64,000 nt of DNA from Patescibacteria group bacterium (GCA_024654525.1 JANLHI010000002.1:16496-80495), one strand, 5' to 3'; numbered from the stretch's first letter, positions 38,073-48,094 are shown. A program made the numbers and translations. The notes: generated by a model from the sequence alone, not told the origin.

Positions 38073-38600
38073 ATGACCACCTACAAACACACTCAAATTG
38101 GTTACCTGATGCGGGTTATTACGCTGACCGTGTTAGTGTTTTTCGCGTGGCTTCAAATTACGGTCAGGGCTGAACCTCCCTCAATTGACTCCGGTACAAA
38201 TTTTGCCTTTACCGCTATCATGGCGCTGGTCTTATTCATCCTTGCATCTTTCGGCTCACTTACCGTGAGTGTTGACGAACAGCGCGTGGCGATCAAATTT
38301 GGCTTCGGCATTTTTCGCAAAAAATTCACGACGAGTGAGATTGCATCAGTGGCACAAGTAAGAAACCATTGGTATTACGGCTGGGGTATACGGCTGTGGT
38401 TTTGGCCACGTATGTGGATTTTTAATGTTTCCGGATTTGATGCGGTTGAAATTCGAATGAAGAACCCCACCTCCGCCCCACCTTCGCTGAAAGCTCCGGA
38501 CGGACACTGCAAGGCTTCGGCGGGCAGGGAAAAAATCTACCGGATCGGAACGGATGAGCCAGAAAAACTTGAGACCGCAATCAGGCAAGTAATAAATTAA
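38073..38600 (+). CDS. Hypothetical membrane protein
   Basis: Two N-terminal TM helices. No motifs. Confidence 0.35.
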   Translation: MTTYKHTQIGYLMRVITLTVLVFFAWLQITVRAEPPSIDSGTNFAFTAIMALVLFILASFGSLTVSVDEQRVAIKFGFGIFRKKFTTSEIASVAQVRNHWYYGWGIRLWFWPRMWIFNVSGFDAVEIRMKNPTSAPPSLKAPDGHCKASAGREKIYRIGTDEPEKLETAIRQVIN

Positions 38601-38783
38601 GCAAACCGTTGAATAGTGGTGGCAATTGGTGATAAGCGCGAGTTCGTGGAACAAAGCTCTCCTTAAAGTGGTATTCCGACAAAACTGATTATAAAAACAA
38701 GGGAGTCTGCGGTATGGGGATATCCCGCTTTAGAAGTGCAGATTAAATAAGTTTTTTGGCGCATTTTATGATAGAATAGACTT

Positions 38784-39044
38784 ATGGGCATGTTATACGA
38801 ATCGTTGTTGCAGTCTCAAATTTTCTTTTTCATTTCCTCGGTGGGGTTCATTATTCTAGGACTTTTGGCGGTGGTGCTTTTGCTTTATTTTATCCGCGCG
38901 ATGAGCACCTTCAATAGAATTATGGATAATATGGAAAAAAACATAGATAAAATAGGCGACACGACCAAAGAAATGTTCGGTGAGATGAAAGACAGTTTTA
39001 TTTTCAATTTTCTCTTCAAAAAGAAAAAGCGTCGCAAAGATTAA
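38784..39044 (+). CDS. Small hypothetical membrane protein
   Basis: A single TM helix and a KKKKRRKD tail. Confidence 0.3.
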   Translation: MGMLYESLLQSQIFFFISSVGFIILGLLAVVLLLYFIRAMSTFNRIMDNMEKNIDKIGDTTKEMFGEMKDSFIFNFLFKKKKRRKD

Positions 39045-39058
39045 AAGTTATCAATAAT

Positions 39059-39403
39059 ATGACAAACAAAAAAATATCCAAAATGTCTACAGGTAAGAAA
39101 ATGGCAATCGGGGCGGGAATAGTGGCAGTGGGCGCGGCGACCGGAGGCGCGTATTATATATTAGGACCGAATGCCAAAGCGCATCAAAAGAAAGTGGCTG
39201 CGCTTTTGAATAAAATAAAAAAAGAAGTGGAAAAGGAGGCGAAAAAAGCAAAGGAAATATCCGTACCCCTGTATCACAAAGCGGTGGATACTGTTTCCAA
39301 AACTTACGCCAAGCACTACAAAGCTCACGAAAAAGATATAAAAGCTTTCACCAAGAAGCTAAAAAACGAATGGAAGGGGATGAAAAAAATGGGCAAGTCT
39401 TAA
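39059..39403 (+). CDS. Lys-rich hypothetical protein with an N-terminal TM segment
   Basis: A Gly-rich TM segment (AIGAGIVAVGAATGGAYY) is followed by a K/E-rich helical region. Confidence 0.35.
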   Translation: MTNKKISKMSTGKKMAIGAGIVAVGAATGGAYYILGPNAKAHQKKVAALLNKIKKEVEKEAKKAKEISVPLYHKAVDTVSKTYAKHYKAHEKDIKAFTKKLKNEWKGMKKMGKS

Positions 39404-39533
39404 ATTTTGTTTATTGTCTACAGGTGTCCAACACCTGACAATAAGGAAGAGTTGGTGACCGCATGACTTGGGGCGTATCAGGAGTTTTCTTCAAAAAAGG
39501 TTCGAATAAATGCAAAAATAACACCACTACATT

Positions 39534-40196
39534 ATGAAAACGGTTTTGATCACAGGGGGTAGTAGGGGGATTGGAAAAGCTTTGGTACAAAGATTTTTAT
39601 CCGAAGGATATTTTGTTATTGGGACTTCAACGAAGGGCGTTACTGATATTACCCATGAAAATTTGCTCGTGGTGCAGTTGGATTTGATGAGTCCAGAGAG
39701 TATTAGAAACTGCGCGGATAAAATTCTGAATATCAAAAAAACCGTAGATATTTTGATTAATAACGCCGCCGCGCTTTGGACTGAGCGAGTTGGTGATACG
39801 ATGGAGCTTCAAGTGGATATTTTGAGAAAAACTCTAGAGGTCGATTTGATTGGTGTGATAGATTTTACCTTACGCATTGTTCCGATTATGAGTCAGGGTG
39901 GGCATATTATAAATATATCCTCGCGACAGGGATCATTGCATTATGTTCATGAAATGAAAAATCCCTCCTATCAGATTTCGAAGGCGGGATTAAATATGTT
40001 TACCAAGGTTCTTTCTTGTCAGTTGAAAGATACAATTACCGTTTCCTCGGTTCATCCGGGTGCGGTACTTTCGGGTTTAGCTGCGGCAGATGCGAATATG
40101 TTACCAGAAGAATCTGCAAATTATATCTATGACTTGGCGATTTCGAAATCAAAAACCGGTCAGTTTTGGTTTAAGGGAGAGCCTTTTCCTTGGTAA
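39534..40196 (+). CDS. Short-chain dehydrogenase/reductase (SDR)
   Basis: VLITGGSRGIGKAL is the Rossmann motif. A YxxxK-like SYQISK is present. Confidence 0.85.
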   Translation: MKTVLITGGSRGIGKALVQRFLSEGYFVIGTSTKGVTDITHENLLVVQLDLMSPESIRNCADKILNIKKTVDILINNAAALWTERVGDTMELQVDILRKTLEVDLIGVIDFTLRIVPIMSQGGHIINISSRQGSLHYVHEMKNPSYQISKAGLNMFTKVLSCQLKDTITVSSVHPGAVLSGLAAADANMLPEESANYIYDLAISKSKTGQFWFKGEPFPW

Positions 40197-40251
40197 TCAG
40201 GGTTTTTAGCTTTGCTCTCTCGGATCTATTGAAGAGCGATTTTGCGAATTT

Positions 40252-40491
40252 TTGATTATGGAGGATAATTACGGTATGGATATGCTTGCATTGTTATGCG
40301 GTGTTGTGGGGCTTCTTGTTATCTCCCGCGCGGTGTGGTTGCGGAATGAGCGTGCGCAGGATGAATGGTTTATTGTCGGGGGCATACTACTTTTGGTGTA
40401 CAGCGTAAGCATCGGGAGCGCAATATTCACCATTCTTCAGTTGGTATTTATTCTTTCGGCGTTTTGGGAACTGAAAAAGCTACGGAAATGA
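40252..40491 (+). CDS. Small hypothetical membrane protein
   Basis: Two TM helices. It overlaps the tspO2 start by ATGA. Confidence 0.3.
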   Translation: MIMEDNYGMDMLALLCGVVGLLVISRAVWLRNERAQDEWFIVGGILLLVYSVSIGSAIFTILQLVFILSAFWELKKLRK

Positions 40492-40982
40492 GTGCGTTTT
40501 TCAAACTTGTTTTTACGATAGGAATATCCGAACTTGCGGGAGTTTCCGGTTCTATTTTTACCGTGCCGGCGATTTCTTCCGGGTGGTACGCGACGTTGGA
40601 GAAACCCGCACTCACACCGCCTTCGTGGGTGTTTGCTCCCGTGTGGACGATACTTTTTGCGCTCATGGGAATATCACTTTTCCTTGTGTGGCGTGCACAT
40701 TCCAATATTTTGCAAAATATTGGAATGTTGCCGATGTGGCATTTGGCATTCTTTGTATTTGCGTTCCAGCTTTCGCTTAATGTGTTATGGTCAATGATGT
40801 TTTTTGGATTACAGAGCACTGCGGGAGCGTTGGTGATAATTATTTCTCTTTGGTGCGCTATTCTTGCGACTATTTTGGTATTTGGAAAAATTTCCCGTGT
40901 GGCGGCATGGCTTTTAGTGCCGTATATCGTATGGGTGAGCTTTGCGGCATATCTTAATTATTCAATCTGGATTCTTTCTTGA
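40488..40982 (+). CDS. tspO: TspO/MBR-family membrane protein (second paralog)
   Basis: GWYATLEKPALTPPSWVFAPVWTILFALMGISLFLVW. The start was adjusted to the MSAFFKL ATG. Confidence 0.8.
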   Translation: MSAFFKLVFTIGISELAGVSGSIFTVPAISSGWYATLEKPALTPPSWVFAPVWTILFALMGISLFLVWRAHSNILQNIGMLPMWHLAFFVFAFQLSLNVLWSMMFFGLQSTAGALVIIISLWCAILATILVFGKISRVAAWLLVPYIVWVSFAAYLNYSIWILS

Positions 40983-40994
40983 TACGCGGGAACA

Positions 40995-41828
40995 ATGTTT
41001 GGAATTATCCTTGCAGGAATTGGTGCGGCACTTAATGAAGTTGGTTCTTCAATCGGTAAGTGGGAGGTGGAGCATCACAAAGAAACTTTGCCGATTATGG
41101 GTTTTATTCAGCTCTTTTGGGGAGCGGTGTTTTTTGCAATATTCGGGTTAGTGGTCAAAGGATCGTTTGTGTTCAATCTTGCATCGCTTCCCACATTTCT
41201 CCCAAGAGTAATTCTTGAAGTTATTTGTATACATCTCGCATTGCGTGCAACGGCGACTGCGGAGCGAAGCGCAATAGGATTTCTTACGGTTGGTACCATC
41301 CCCTTGGTGCTTATGGCGGACATTGTACTTGGGTACGCAATTTCGCCCATGCAGTTCGGAGGAATATTTGTTGTCGCGGTAGGATTGTTGTTATTATTGA
41401 TTAATCATGGAATCAAAGTAAGAGGCATTCCCTATGTAGTGGGTTTTGTCGTGACAAGCGCCGCTACCATTTCCCTTTATAAATATGACATCACCTATTT
41501 CAATTCGGTAGGAGCGGAACAAGGAATCATCTACGCAATTTTACTTTCCTACTTCACGCTATCTGTGATAGTGCGTAATCGAAAGAATCCTTTTGTATTT
41601 CTTATGCGATATCCGTTCTCACTTCAAAGTATTGCGCATGGGGGAGTGGGTATAGTATCGAGCTTTGCATATACGTTTGCTCCGGCATCGATAATTATTA
41701 CTGCACGCCGTGCATTCGGCATACTCTCCAGCGTGGTATCCGGAAAAATTTATTTCCACGAGAGGCATCTTCTCGCAAAAAGCGCGGCATTCGTATTGGT
41801 AATGGTGGGAATCGTAATGCTGGTCTAG
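40995..41828 (+). CDS. Multi-TM membrane protein, EamA/DMT-like
   Basis: About 10 TM helices with two repeated halves. Confidence 0.45.
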   Translation: MFGIILAGIGAALNEVGSSIGKWEVEHHKETLPIMGFIQLFWGAVFFAIFGLVVKGSFVFNLASLPTFLPRVILEVICIHLALRATATAERSAIGFLTVGTIPLVLMADIVLGYAISPMQFGGIFVVAVGLLLLLINHGIKVRGIPYVVGFVVTSAATISLYKYDITYFNSVGAEQGIIYAILLSYFTLSVIVRNRKNPFVFLMRYPFSLQSIAHGGVGIVSSFAYTFAPASIIITARRAFGILSSVVSGKIYFHERHLLAKSAAFVLVMVGIVMLV

Positions 41829-42051
41829 TTTTCGAGGTGATGTGATTGTGAATAATTTCCTATGGTAAAAATGGTATAATAATTCCATGATTGGACACCT
41901 TAAGGGACACTAATCGTTGTTCCCAAAATCCCTCCGACATGGGTCGGAGGGATTTTGTTTTTATGCGTAGAACTTTCAGCATGACCCTGTTTCAACCATA
42001 ATCATACCAACAAACTCAAGTATGTTGGTATGATGTTCTATATGGTTATTG

Positions 42052-43305
42052 TTATCGGGGAAATATGGTGTCCCACACCGCGCCTGCCGCGTTTTGGATT
42101 TTTCCTTTGAAGGGATAATGGTGGTTGTCCAAAAAGGGAAGACTATTACATTCAATCACTCCGGAGCGTGGTTGTTCTTTCCATGACGTGCCAATGTCGC
42201 GAATTATAAAGTCGATTCCCACAATGGGATCGTCAAAATACGTGCCGATACGATTGAAAAGTGCAATATTCTCCGGATGAGTCGTGTCTGTCGCGTCTTC
42301 CGTGGTGCCTCCGTAACACCAGTTTATTTTTTGATGAAGAGGAATAATGACGCCGTGCGCAGGAATACTTTCCCATGTGAGCCCTTGGCGTTGAAGTTCG
42401 TCTTCCGCTCCATCGCCGGTCGCGAGTTTCGAGAAAATTGGTCCCTGTCGCAGGGGATTTTTATTTTCTTCCACGACAAGTTCTCTAATGGTGTGCGTGC
42501 CGTCCCCGATAACTTGCGCGGAGTCTCGTCGGATAACCCCCACGGTTTTCCTGTCAATGACGGTTGCGCGAAATACCGAACCGAAAAGCTCTTCTTCTAT
42601 GATGACCCACGGAGAAAGTTTGCGTGCAATACGAAATGCATGCACAAACGATTCTTCATCTTCGAGGTGAATGAATGTATGACGGCTTCCCGAGCCAAGC
42701 GACGGTTTTACGATTACGGGCTTATGAAGCGTACGAAATAGTTTTCGCGCTCCTGCAATCGTGGCGCGCGCACCACCCGCGGCAACGGGGAATCCCTGTA
42801 CGAGAAATTTTTTTTTCATGATGCGCTTGTCATCCATCCAAAGAAGAGCGTGAGAAGGACGCCCTTTTCGCGGAAGTCCTTCGAATGCAATTTTTGTGCC
42901 ACGGTATTCCGCAAGGAAAAGCTCTTTTACTTTATTAAAAAGGCGAAATTGACGCATAGTGATACCGCGCCTGATTGCTTCTTCCCACATACATCGCGTA
43001 CGGAGTGAATCGCGTTCATCGGGTGCGTGGGTAACAGTGCCGAGTCGGAGTGCCACAAGAACAGGAACAAGGCGCCACGCAAGGGGAGTCCATATTTTTT
43101 GAAACAGGGGAACAAGGTATCGCCATGTCATATCCACGGAAAAAAATACCGGACGCGTAACGGTTTCGATAAAACCGTTTAACCACTCGGCAAAGTGTAA
43201 AGTAGGGGACCCGCTACAGTGCGGGCAAGTTTCTCGTTTCATTGGTATTAACGATAGCAGTATCGGGAGAAAGGGAAACTTGACATTATAGCACTTTTTA
43301 TGCAA
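42052..43305 (-). CDS. ATP-grasp domain protein (RimK / cyanophycin-synthetase-like)
   Basis: KPVIVKPSLGSGSRHTFIH and surrounding ATP-grasp features are present. The GC content is higher than in neighbouring genes. Confidence 0.55.
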   Translation of the reverse strand: MHKKCYNVKFPFLPILLSLIPMKRETCPHCSGSPTLHFAEWLNGFIETVTRPVFFSVDMTWRYLVPLFQKIWTPLAWRLVPVLVALRLGTVTHAPDERDSLRTRCMWEEAIRRGITMRQFRLFNKVKELFLAEYRGTKIAFEGLPRKGRPSHALLWMDDKRIMKKKFLVQGFPVAAGGARATIAGARKLFRTLHKPVIVKPSLGSGSRHTFIHLEDEESFVHAFRIARKLSPWVIIEEELFGSVFRATVIDRKTVGVIRRDSAQVIGDGTHTIRELVVEENKNPLRQGPIFSKLATGDGAEDELQRQGLTWESIPAHGVIIPLHQKINWCYGGTTEDATDTTHPENIALFNRIGTYFDDPIVGIDFIIRDIGTSWKEQPRSGVIECNSLPFLDNHHYPFKGKIQNAAGAVWDTIFPR

Positions 43306-43345
43306 TAATTTTCCCGTGAACTTGAAAACTTAAAACAAGATACAT

Positions 43346-43564
43346 ATGAATGAAAAAAATAAAGAAAATACAAGGCTATTTTTCCTTGTTATGGTCTCTA
43401 TTCCGATCATCGTATGGTGGTGGGTACGAGTCGTGAATAGTCCTTATGGTCAATATGCCTTTGAAGGGATACCCTTCGGGTGGAAGGGGCTTCTATTCTA
43501 TTGCTTGATCCAGGGAATGGGAGTGTTTTTTCTTACTCGTTGGCTATTAAAGAAATTCTTCTAG
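43346..43564 (+). CDS. Small hypothetical membrane protein
   Basis: Two TM helices, followed by a terminator. Confidence 0.3.
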   Translation: MNEKNKENTRLFFLVMVSIPIIVWWWVRVVNSPYGQYAFEGIPFGWKGLLFYCLIQGMGVFFLTRWLLKKFF

Positions 43565-43587
43565 GAAAGACACGAAAAAAAATAAAA

Positions 43588-43613
43588 AGGGCAGTCATCA
43601 GCTGCCCCTTTTT
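43588..43613 (+). terminator. Rho-independent terminator
   Basis: GGGCAGTCATCAGCTGCCC hairpin followed by T5. Confidence 0.6.
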
Positions 43614-43843
43614 AATACATACAAAGACTTGACTATATAAAAATATTATGCATAATATTTAAGCCTTATCCAAGTGAAAATTATCGCATTGTTGCGAGTG
43701 AGAATGGATGGGATTAGTACATTAATGTTATGAAAAAATCTAAAAAGAAAGTACCGAAGAAAGATTCTTCTTCGGAGGAGTTGTGGGCGAACCGGGAACC
43801 GGTTGCTCAAAAAATGACACCGGAGGAGAGTAAAAACTACAAC

Positions 43844-43900
43844 AAAGGAAGGGAGATTTTGGGCATCTCGCCCAATGAACTCCCCAGTGCGCAGAAGTAA
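43844..43900. repeat. Copy 1 of a roughly 55-nt repeat (GGGAGATTTTGGGCAT.TCGCCCAATGAACTCCCCAG...AAGTAA)
   Basis: About 88% identical to the copy at 45930-45986. Contains nested GGGAG/CTCCC and GGGC/GCCC stems. Confidence 0.7.
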
Positions 43901-43949
43901 GTTATTCGCTCTAACATTCGAGAAAGGAGAAAAATTATGCAAAAAAAGA

Positions 43950-43977
43950 AAAGGCGACCGTAAGGTTCGCCTTTTTT
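43950..43977 (+). terminator. Rho-independent terminator downstream of repeat copy 1
   Basis: AAGGCGA...TCGCCTT hairpin followed by T6. Confidence 0.6.
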
Positions 43978-44154
43978 GATTGGTGAAATAGATAGAGATG
44001 GGCATCTTTAGTGGTCTTGAAAGATGCCTCTCTTACGTTGTGTCCATGAATTTGCAATGGGATATACCAAGGTATAGAGTGTGGTGGGCTGTAAGTAATA
44101 GCCCAAATCGGACAACCTGTCCTTTGATAGGACTAAATATGGAAGGAATCAGTT

Positions 44155-45177
44155 ATGCAGAAATCTAGAAATTTTCGGGCGATGCTCGAGAAGAAATGGG
44201 ACGAGGGGAAACATATCTGTGTCGGGCTTGATCCCGATATGGAGAAAATTCCACAACATATCAAAGATGCGGCGGTAAAGAAAACTACACCGGGACAATC
44301 GTCAATTGGGCGCACGATTATCGGTTTTTGCCGTGCGATTGTGCACGCAACGAAAGACCTCGTGTGTGCCTTCAAGCCAAACATCGCCTTCTTCGAAGCG
44401 TTCGGACCGGAGGGGTTTTGGATATTCGCCGATGTGGTGAAGATGGTGCGGGACGAGGCGCCCGATGTGGTTCTTATCGGTGACATGAAACGGGCTGACA
44501 TCGGCAATACGAACAAGGGGTACGCCACGGGAGCGTTCGAATGGTTAGGCGTGGATGCCATTACCGTGAATCCCTACTTTGGAGGCGGTTCACTCGCTCC
44601 TTTCCTTGATTTCGAAAAGAGGGAAGTGGGAATTAACAGGGGCGATTGCGGTGTTATCGTTCTTTGTCGCACCTCGAATCCTGAGGCGGCGGAATTTCAA
44701 GATCGGCTGACGTTGGTGCTAGCAGAAGATGTTGAAACAGAGCGCGGGATACTTCTTCGATCGGGGGTAACTAACGAAATTTCCAAAGCGTGGAGTACGG
44801 TAACGCTGGATGGAAAATTGTATTGTGCGATGCCGCACTACCAATGGGTGGCCCTTCGGTTTGCAAGCCGTTGGAGTTATAACGGAAACTGCGCGCTCGT
44901 GGTGGGCGCAACGGCACCGCAAGAGCTCGCCGATGTGCGTGCCCTTGTGGGAGATCTTCCGCTCTTAATTCCCGGAATCGGGTTTCAGCAAAAAGGTGTG
45001 CCGATTGAAGATCAGATAGAGCGCGCAGTGAATGCAGGAAGGGACAGTCGCGGTCGCGGGTTTATCCTCAATGACTCGCGAGGGACTCTCTATGCCTCAA
45101 GCGGAGATGACTTCACGGATGCGGCACGGGCAAGAGTCAATAAACTAAACGAATTAGTCAGGCAAAATCTGAAGTGA
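44155..45177 (+). CDS. pyrF: Orotidine 5'-phosphate decarboxylase, long type 2 form
   Basis: ICVGLDPDMEKIP plus a conserved KxxDIGNT region (DMKRADIGNT). 340 aa. GGAAGGAA lies upstream. Confidence 0.85.
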   Translation: MQKSRNFRAMLEKKWDEGKHICVGLDPDMEKIPQHIKDAAVKKTTPGQSSIGRTIIGFCRAIVHATKDLVCAFKPNIAFFEAFGPEGFWIFADVVKMVRDEAPDVVLIGDMKRADIGNTNKGYATGAFEWLGVDAITVNPYFGGGSLAPFLDFEKREVGINRGDCGVIVLCRTSNPEAAEFQDRLTLVLAEDVETERGILLRSGVTNEISKAWSTVTLDGKLYCAMPHYQWVALRFASRWSYNGNCALVVGATAPQELADVRALVGDLPLLIPGIGFQQKGVPIEDQIERAVNAGRDSRGRGFILNDSRGTLYASSGDDFTDAARARVNKLNELVRQNLK

Positions 45178-45190
45178 AAGAGGAAAAAGT

Positions 45191-45925
45191 ATGAAAGATA
45201 TCCTACAGTTGGGACCAAAAGGTATTCTTGCGCTTGACCCCGGGGAAGTGGACCGTCCACTTACCGCACCGGAGGTGGTGTATATTGCAAAAACACTCGG
45301 CGCCTTTTGGGAGTATGACTACGCGGCGGCGAATGTGGGACGAGTCGGTATGCATGCCATACTCAAGTCGAAGCGGCACAGCGACGGATTTTTTGTGTCG
45401 AGGATTCTCCTCGAGTCGGATAATATCTGTCGCATCATGGCGGATCAGATTGTGATGCGCCTCCGGAGTGAGAGCATTCCTTGTCCCGACTGTGTCATTG
45501 GCATACCCGATGGCGCTACCAAATTGGGACGCGATGTCGCCAAGACATTGGGTGTGCGTAAGGTGGAAATGGAGAAACTCGTCGGACGGCTCGTGCTTAA
45601 GGATGCAATTCCCGATGACGCGAGCGTGCTCCTCGTCGAGGACTTTTGCACGCGGGGTACCGGTTTTAAGGAAGCGGTTCTCGAAGTGAAAGGCAAGCAT
45701 CCATCGGTGAAAGTCGTTCCGTATGACCCCGTTATCATCAATCGTGGGGGATTGCGGGATTTCGAAGTCGAGGGAGTCGGACGTTTCACAGTACTCCCTG
45801 TTGTCGAGCGGCGCGTGCAGGACTGGGAAGCGGATGAGTGTCTGTTGTGTCCTCAAGGTTCGACACCCATCAAACCAAAAGAAACAGACGCTAATTGGCG
45901 GCTTATCAACGAATCACAACATTAA
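45191..45925 (+). CDS. pyrE: Orotate phosphoribosyltransferase-like type I PRTase
   Basis: PRPP-binding motif VLLVEDFCTRGTG. It sits 13 nt after pyrF, with GAGGAAA upstream. Confidence 0.65.
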   Translation: MKDILQLGPKGILALDPGEVDRPLTAPEVVYIAKTLGAFWEYDYAAANVGRVGMHAILKSKRHSDGFFVSRILLESDNICRIMADQIVMRLRSESIPCPDCVIGIPDGATKLGRDVAKTLGVRKVEMEKLVGRLVLKDAIPDDASVLLVEDFCTRGTGFKEAVLEVKGKHPSVKVVPYDPVIINRGGLRDFEVEGVGRFTVLPVVERRVQDWEADECLLCPQGSTPIKPKETDANWRLINESQH

Positions 45926-45929
45926 GCTA

Positions 45930-45986
45930 AAGGGAAGGGAGATTTTGGGCATATCGCCCAATGAACTCCCCAGCACCCAAAAGTAA
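45930..45986. repeat. Copy 2 of the roughly 55-nt repeat, immediately after the pyrE stop
   Basis: See copy 1. Differs by a G-run length and a few substitutions. Confidence 0.7.
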
Positions 45987-46006
45987 AAGAAAAAATAAAA
46001 CAAGAA

Positions 46007-46031
46007 AAAGGCATCTGCAAAGATGCCTTTT
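46007..46031 (+). terminator. Rho-independent terminator downstream of repeat copy 2
   Basis: AAAGGCATCTGCAAAGATGCCTTTT. Confidence 0.65.
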
Positions 46032-46150
46032 CTAATTCCATTTTTTCCAAAAGTACCACTTATCCACAAACATCTTATCTCTTGTAGGGTATAATATAAT
46101 CACGATCAAAGGTCGAAGGTGTTATTAGGGGTAATAAAATTTAAATTCAC

Positions 46151-46834
46151 ATGGTAGTACAAGATTGGACGAATGTGGTGGCTAATTCCCTCCAGAACCT
46201 TTGGCTGGGAGTAGCCGGCTTTCTTCCGACGCTCATTGGTGCGCTTGCGGTTCTTTTGGTAGGACTCATTGTTGCATTTGGCGTGGGGACGGCAGTTGAA
46301 AAAATATTTCAGGCATTGAAGCTCGATACGTTTCTTTCGAAACTCGGACTTAGTCATTATTTTGAACGCGCAAACCTTAAACTGCGTGCCTCTTACTTTT
46401 TGGGGCAGTTAGTGTACTGGTTTGTCGCAATCGCGTTTCTCCTTGCGGCGTCGGACATATTGCAGCTCAATGCACTTTCTGAATTTTTGAAAGATGTGCT
46501 TGGGTATCTTCCGAACGTGATTCTTGCGGTGTTGATCATGCTTGCGGCGGTGATTGTGGCGAACTTTGTGCGCCACATCGTACGCGCATCGGTGATGAGC
46601 GCGAAGCTTCACGCAGGACGATTTCTAGGAACGCTTGCATGGTGGTCGGTGGTGGTGTTTGGTTTGTTGACCGCGTTGGTTCAATTGAACGTAGCGGTAA
46701 GCATTATCAATAGCATTGTAACCGGCTTTATTGCAATGCTCGCAATCGCGGGAGGACTTGCCTTCGGATTGGGGGGTCGTGATTATGCGGCGTATCTTAT
46801 CAATAAGCTTCGGGAGCACACGGAATCTCGATAA
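46151..46834 (+). CDS. Membrane protein with repeated 'conserved TM helix'-type segments (small MscS-like N-terminal architecture)
   Basis: Three similar hydrophobic modules, for example LPNVILAVLIMLAAVIVANFVRHIV. Confidence 0.45.
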   Translation: MVVQDWTNVVANSLQNLWLGVAGFLPTLIGALAVLLVGLIVAFGVGTAVEKIFQALKLDTFLSKLGLSHYFERANLKLRASYFLGQLVYWFVAIAFLLAASDILQLNALSEFLKDVLGYLPNVILAVLIMLAAVIVANFVRHIVRASVMSAKLHAGRFLGTLAWWSVVVFGLLTALVQLNVAVSIINSIVTGFIAMLAIAGGLAFGLGGRDYAAYLINKLREHTESR

Positions 46835-47031
46835 TCAATCCTTGTGAGGAGGATTGGTGTCGGTTCCAGGTTCTCGAAACGGTGTGCGACTTCATTTTTC
46901 CGCATAGAGGGGATGAAGTTTGCCCGGTAATGGATTTGCGATTCCCGCCTTTGGCGGATTGAGATTATATCGCGGTTCCATTACCGGGTTTGCATTTTTT
47001 TTGACTCTCGTATACCATTGAACACACAAAT

Positions 47032-47469
47032 ATGTTGGTAATTCGCTTCCAGCGTACAGGGAAAAAACATCAGCCAAGCTACCGTATTGTTGTTGCGGAG
47101 CGTCGTTCGAGTTTGGGTGGTCCTTCCGTGGAGACGCTTGGATCGTATGAAGTAGCGACAAAGAAAGTAATTATCAATAAAGAGCGTGTTTTGCACTGGT
47201 TGAAAATGGGCGCGCAGGCAAGCGATACCGTGTGGAATCTTTTTGTAAGAGAGAAGGTAATAGACGGACCAAAGCGAAAACTTAATATTAAATTTGTAGA
47301 AAAGGAAAATGCAAAGTCTCCTGATCCCGTAGCGCAAGTCGCGGAGCCAAAGAAGGAAGAGGAGTCGGTTTCCCCCGTGGATCAAGCACCGGTAGCATCA
47401 AAAGAAGAGGTTCCTGCTTCAGTAGAAACATCGGATGAAGTTCCCGCAGAAACACCTGCTACACAATAA
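47032..47469 (+). CDS. rpsP: 30S ribosomal protein S16 with a K/E/P-rich C-terminal extension
   Basis: MLVIRFQRTGKKHQPSYRIVVAERRSSLGG...HWLKMGAQASDTV matches the S16 core. Confidence 0.85.
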   Translation: MLVIRFQRTGKKHQPSYRIVVAERRSSLGGPSVETLGSYEVATKKVIINKERVLHWLKMGAQASDTVWNLFVREKVIDGPKRKLNIKFVEKENAKSPDPVAQVAEPKKEEESVSPVDQAPVASKEEVPASVETSDEVPAETPATQ

Positions 47470-47505
47470 AAGAGGAGTATCTTTACGGTTTTGCTCAAGA
47501 AGAGG

Positions 47506-47533
47506 TTGACAACCTCATCGTTTTGTGTATAAT
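47506..47533 (+). promoter_or_regulatory. Near-consensus sigma-70 promoter upstream of the KH-domain gene
   Basis: TTGACA, a 16-nt spacer, then TATAAT. Confidence 0.5.
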
Positions 47534-47601
47534 AAAATTACGCTCGGTCAATGTAAAGAAATGGAGCGAAAGGTCGAAGGAGATAAGTTCTGAATATCAG
47601 T

Positions 47602-47922
47602 ATGGATCAATCAGCTGACAAAGAGTTTCTCGAATATCTGGTTAAGTCATTAGTGGATCATCCTGAAGACGTAAAAGTTGACCGCAAGGTTGACGAAATG
47701 GGAGTGCTTCTCTCACTTCGGGTAAATCCCTTGGATATGGGCCAGGTAGTCGGACGCCAGGGCGCAACCGCGAAAGCGATTCGCTCATTGCTCCGGATTG
47801 TGGGCATTAAGAATAACGCCCGCGTAAATCTCAAGATTGAGGAACCGGAAGGCAGTACGCGTCCCCCGCGCACTCATGGTGGCGAAAGCCGTCGTGATGG
47901 TGCAGGAGAAGGGAATTACTAG
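47602..47922 (+). CDS. KH-domain RNA-binding protein (YlqC/UPF0109-like) with an RG-rich tail
   Basis: The GxxG loop VVGRQGATAKAIRSLL is present. The position after rpsP is conserved. Confidence 0.75.
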   Translation: MDQSADKEFLEYLVKSLVDHPEDVKVDRKVDEMGVLLSLRVNPLDMGQVVGRQGATAKAIRSLLRIVGIKNNARVNLKIEEPEGSTRPPRTHGGESRRDGAGEGNY

Positions 47923-48094
47923 TATAGTTTTGCTCTTAAACCACCTCGCTCCCTTACGGGAGTGAGGTGGTTTTGTTTTTCCGGGAAGAGAATGAGAGAT
48001 TGACTGCGTACATAGAATTTGTTATTTTATATGCCATCTGCGAGTCGGATGGCGCCACTCAGCAATTATTATTTATTAATTATACGGAATCTTT

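Noticed and set aside
43730-43900. Idea that the roughly 55-nt repeats encode a conserved C-terminal peptide (KGREILGISPNELPS.QK)
   Set aside because: Copy 1 has an extra G in the G-run that shifts the frame (…GREILGHLAQ*). Conservation is therefore at the nucleotide or RNA-structure level, not the peptide level.
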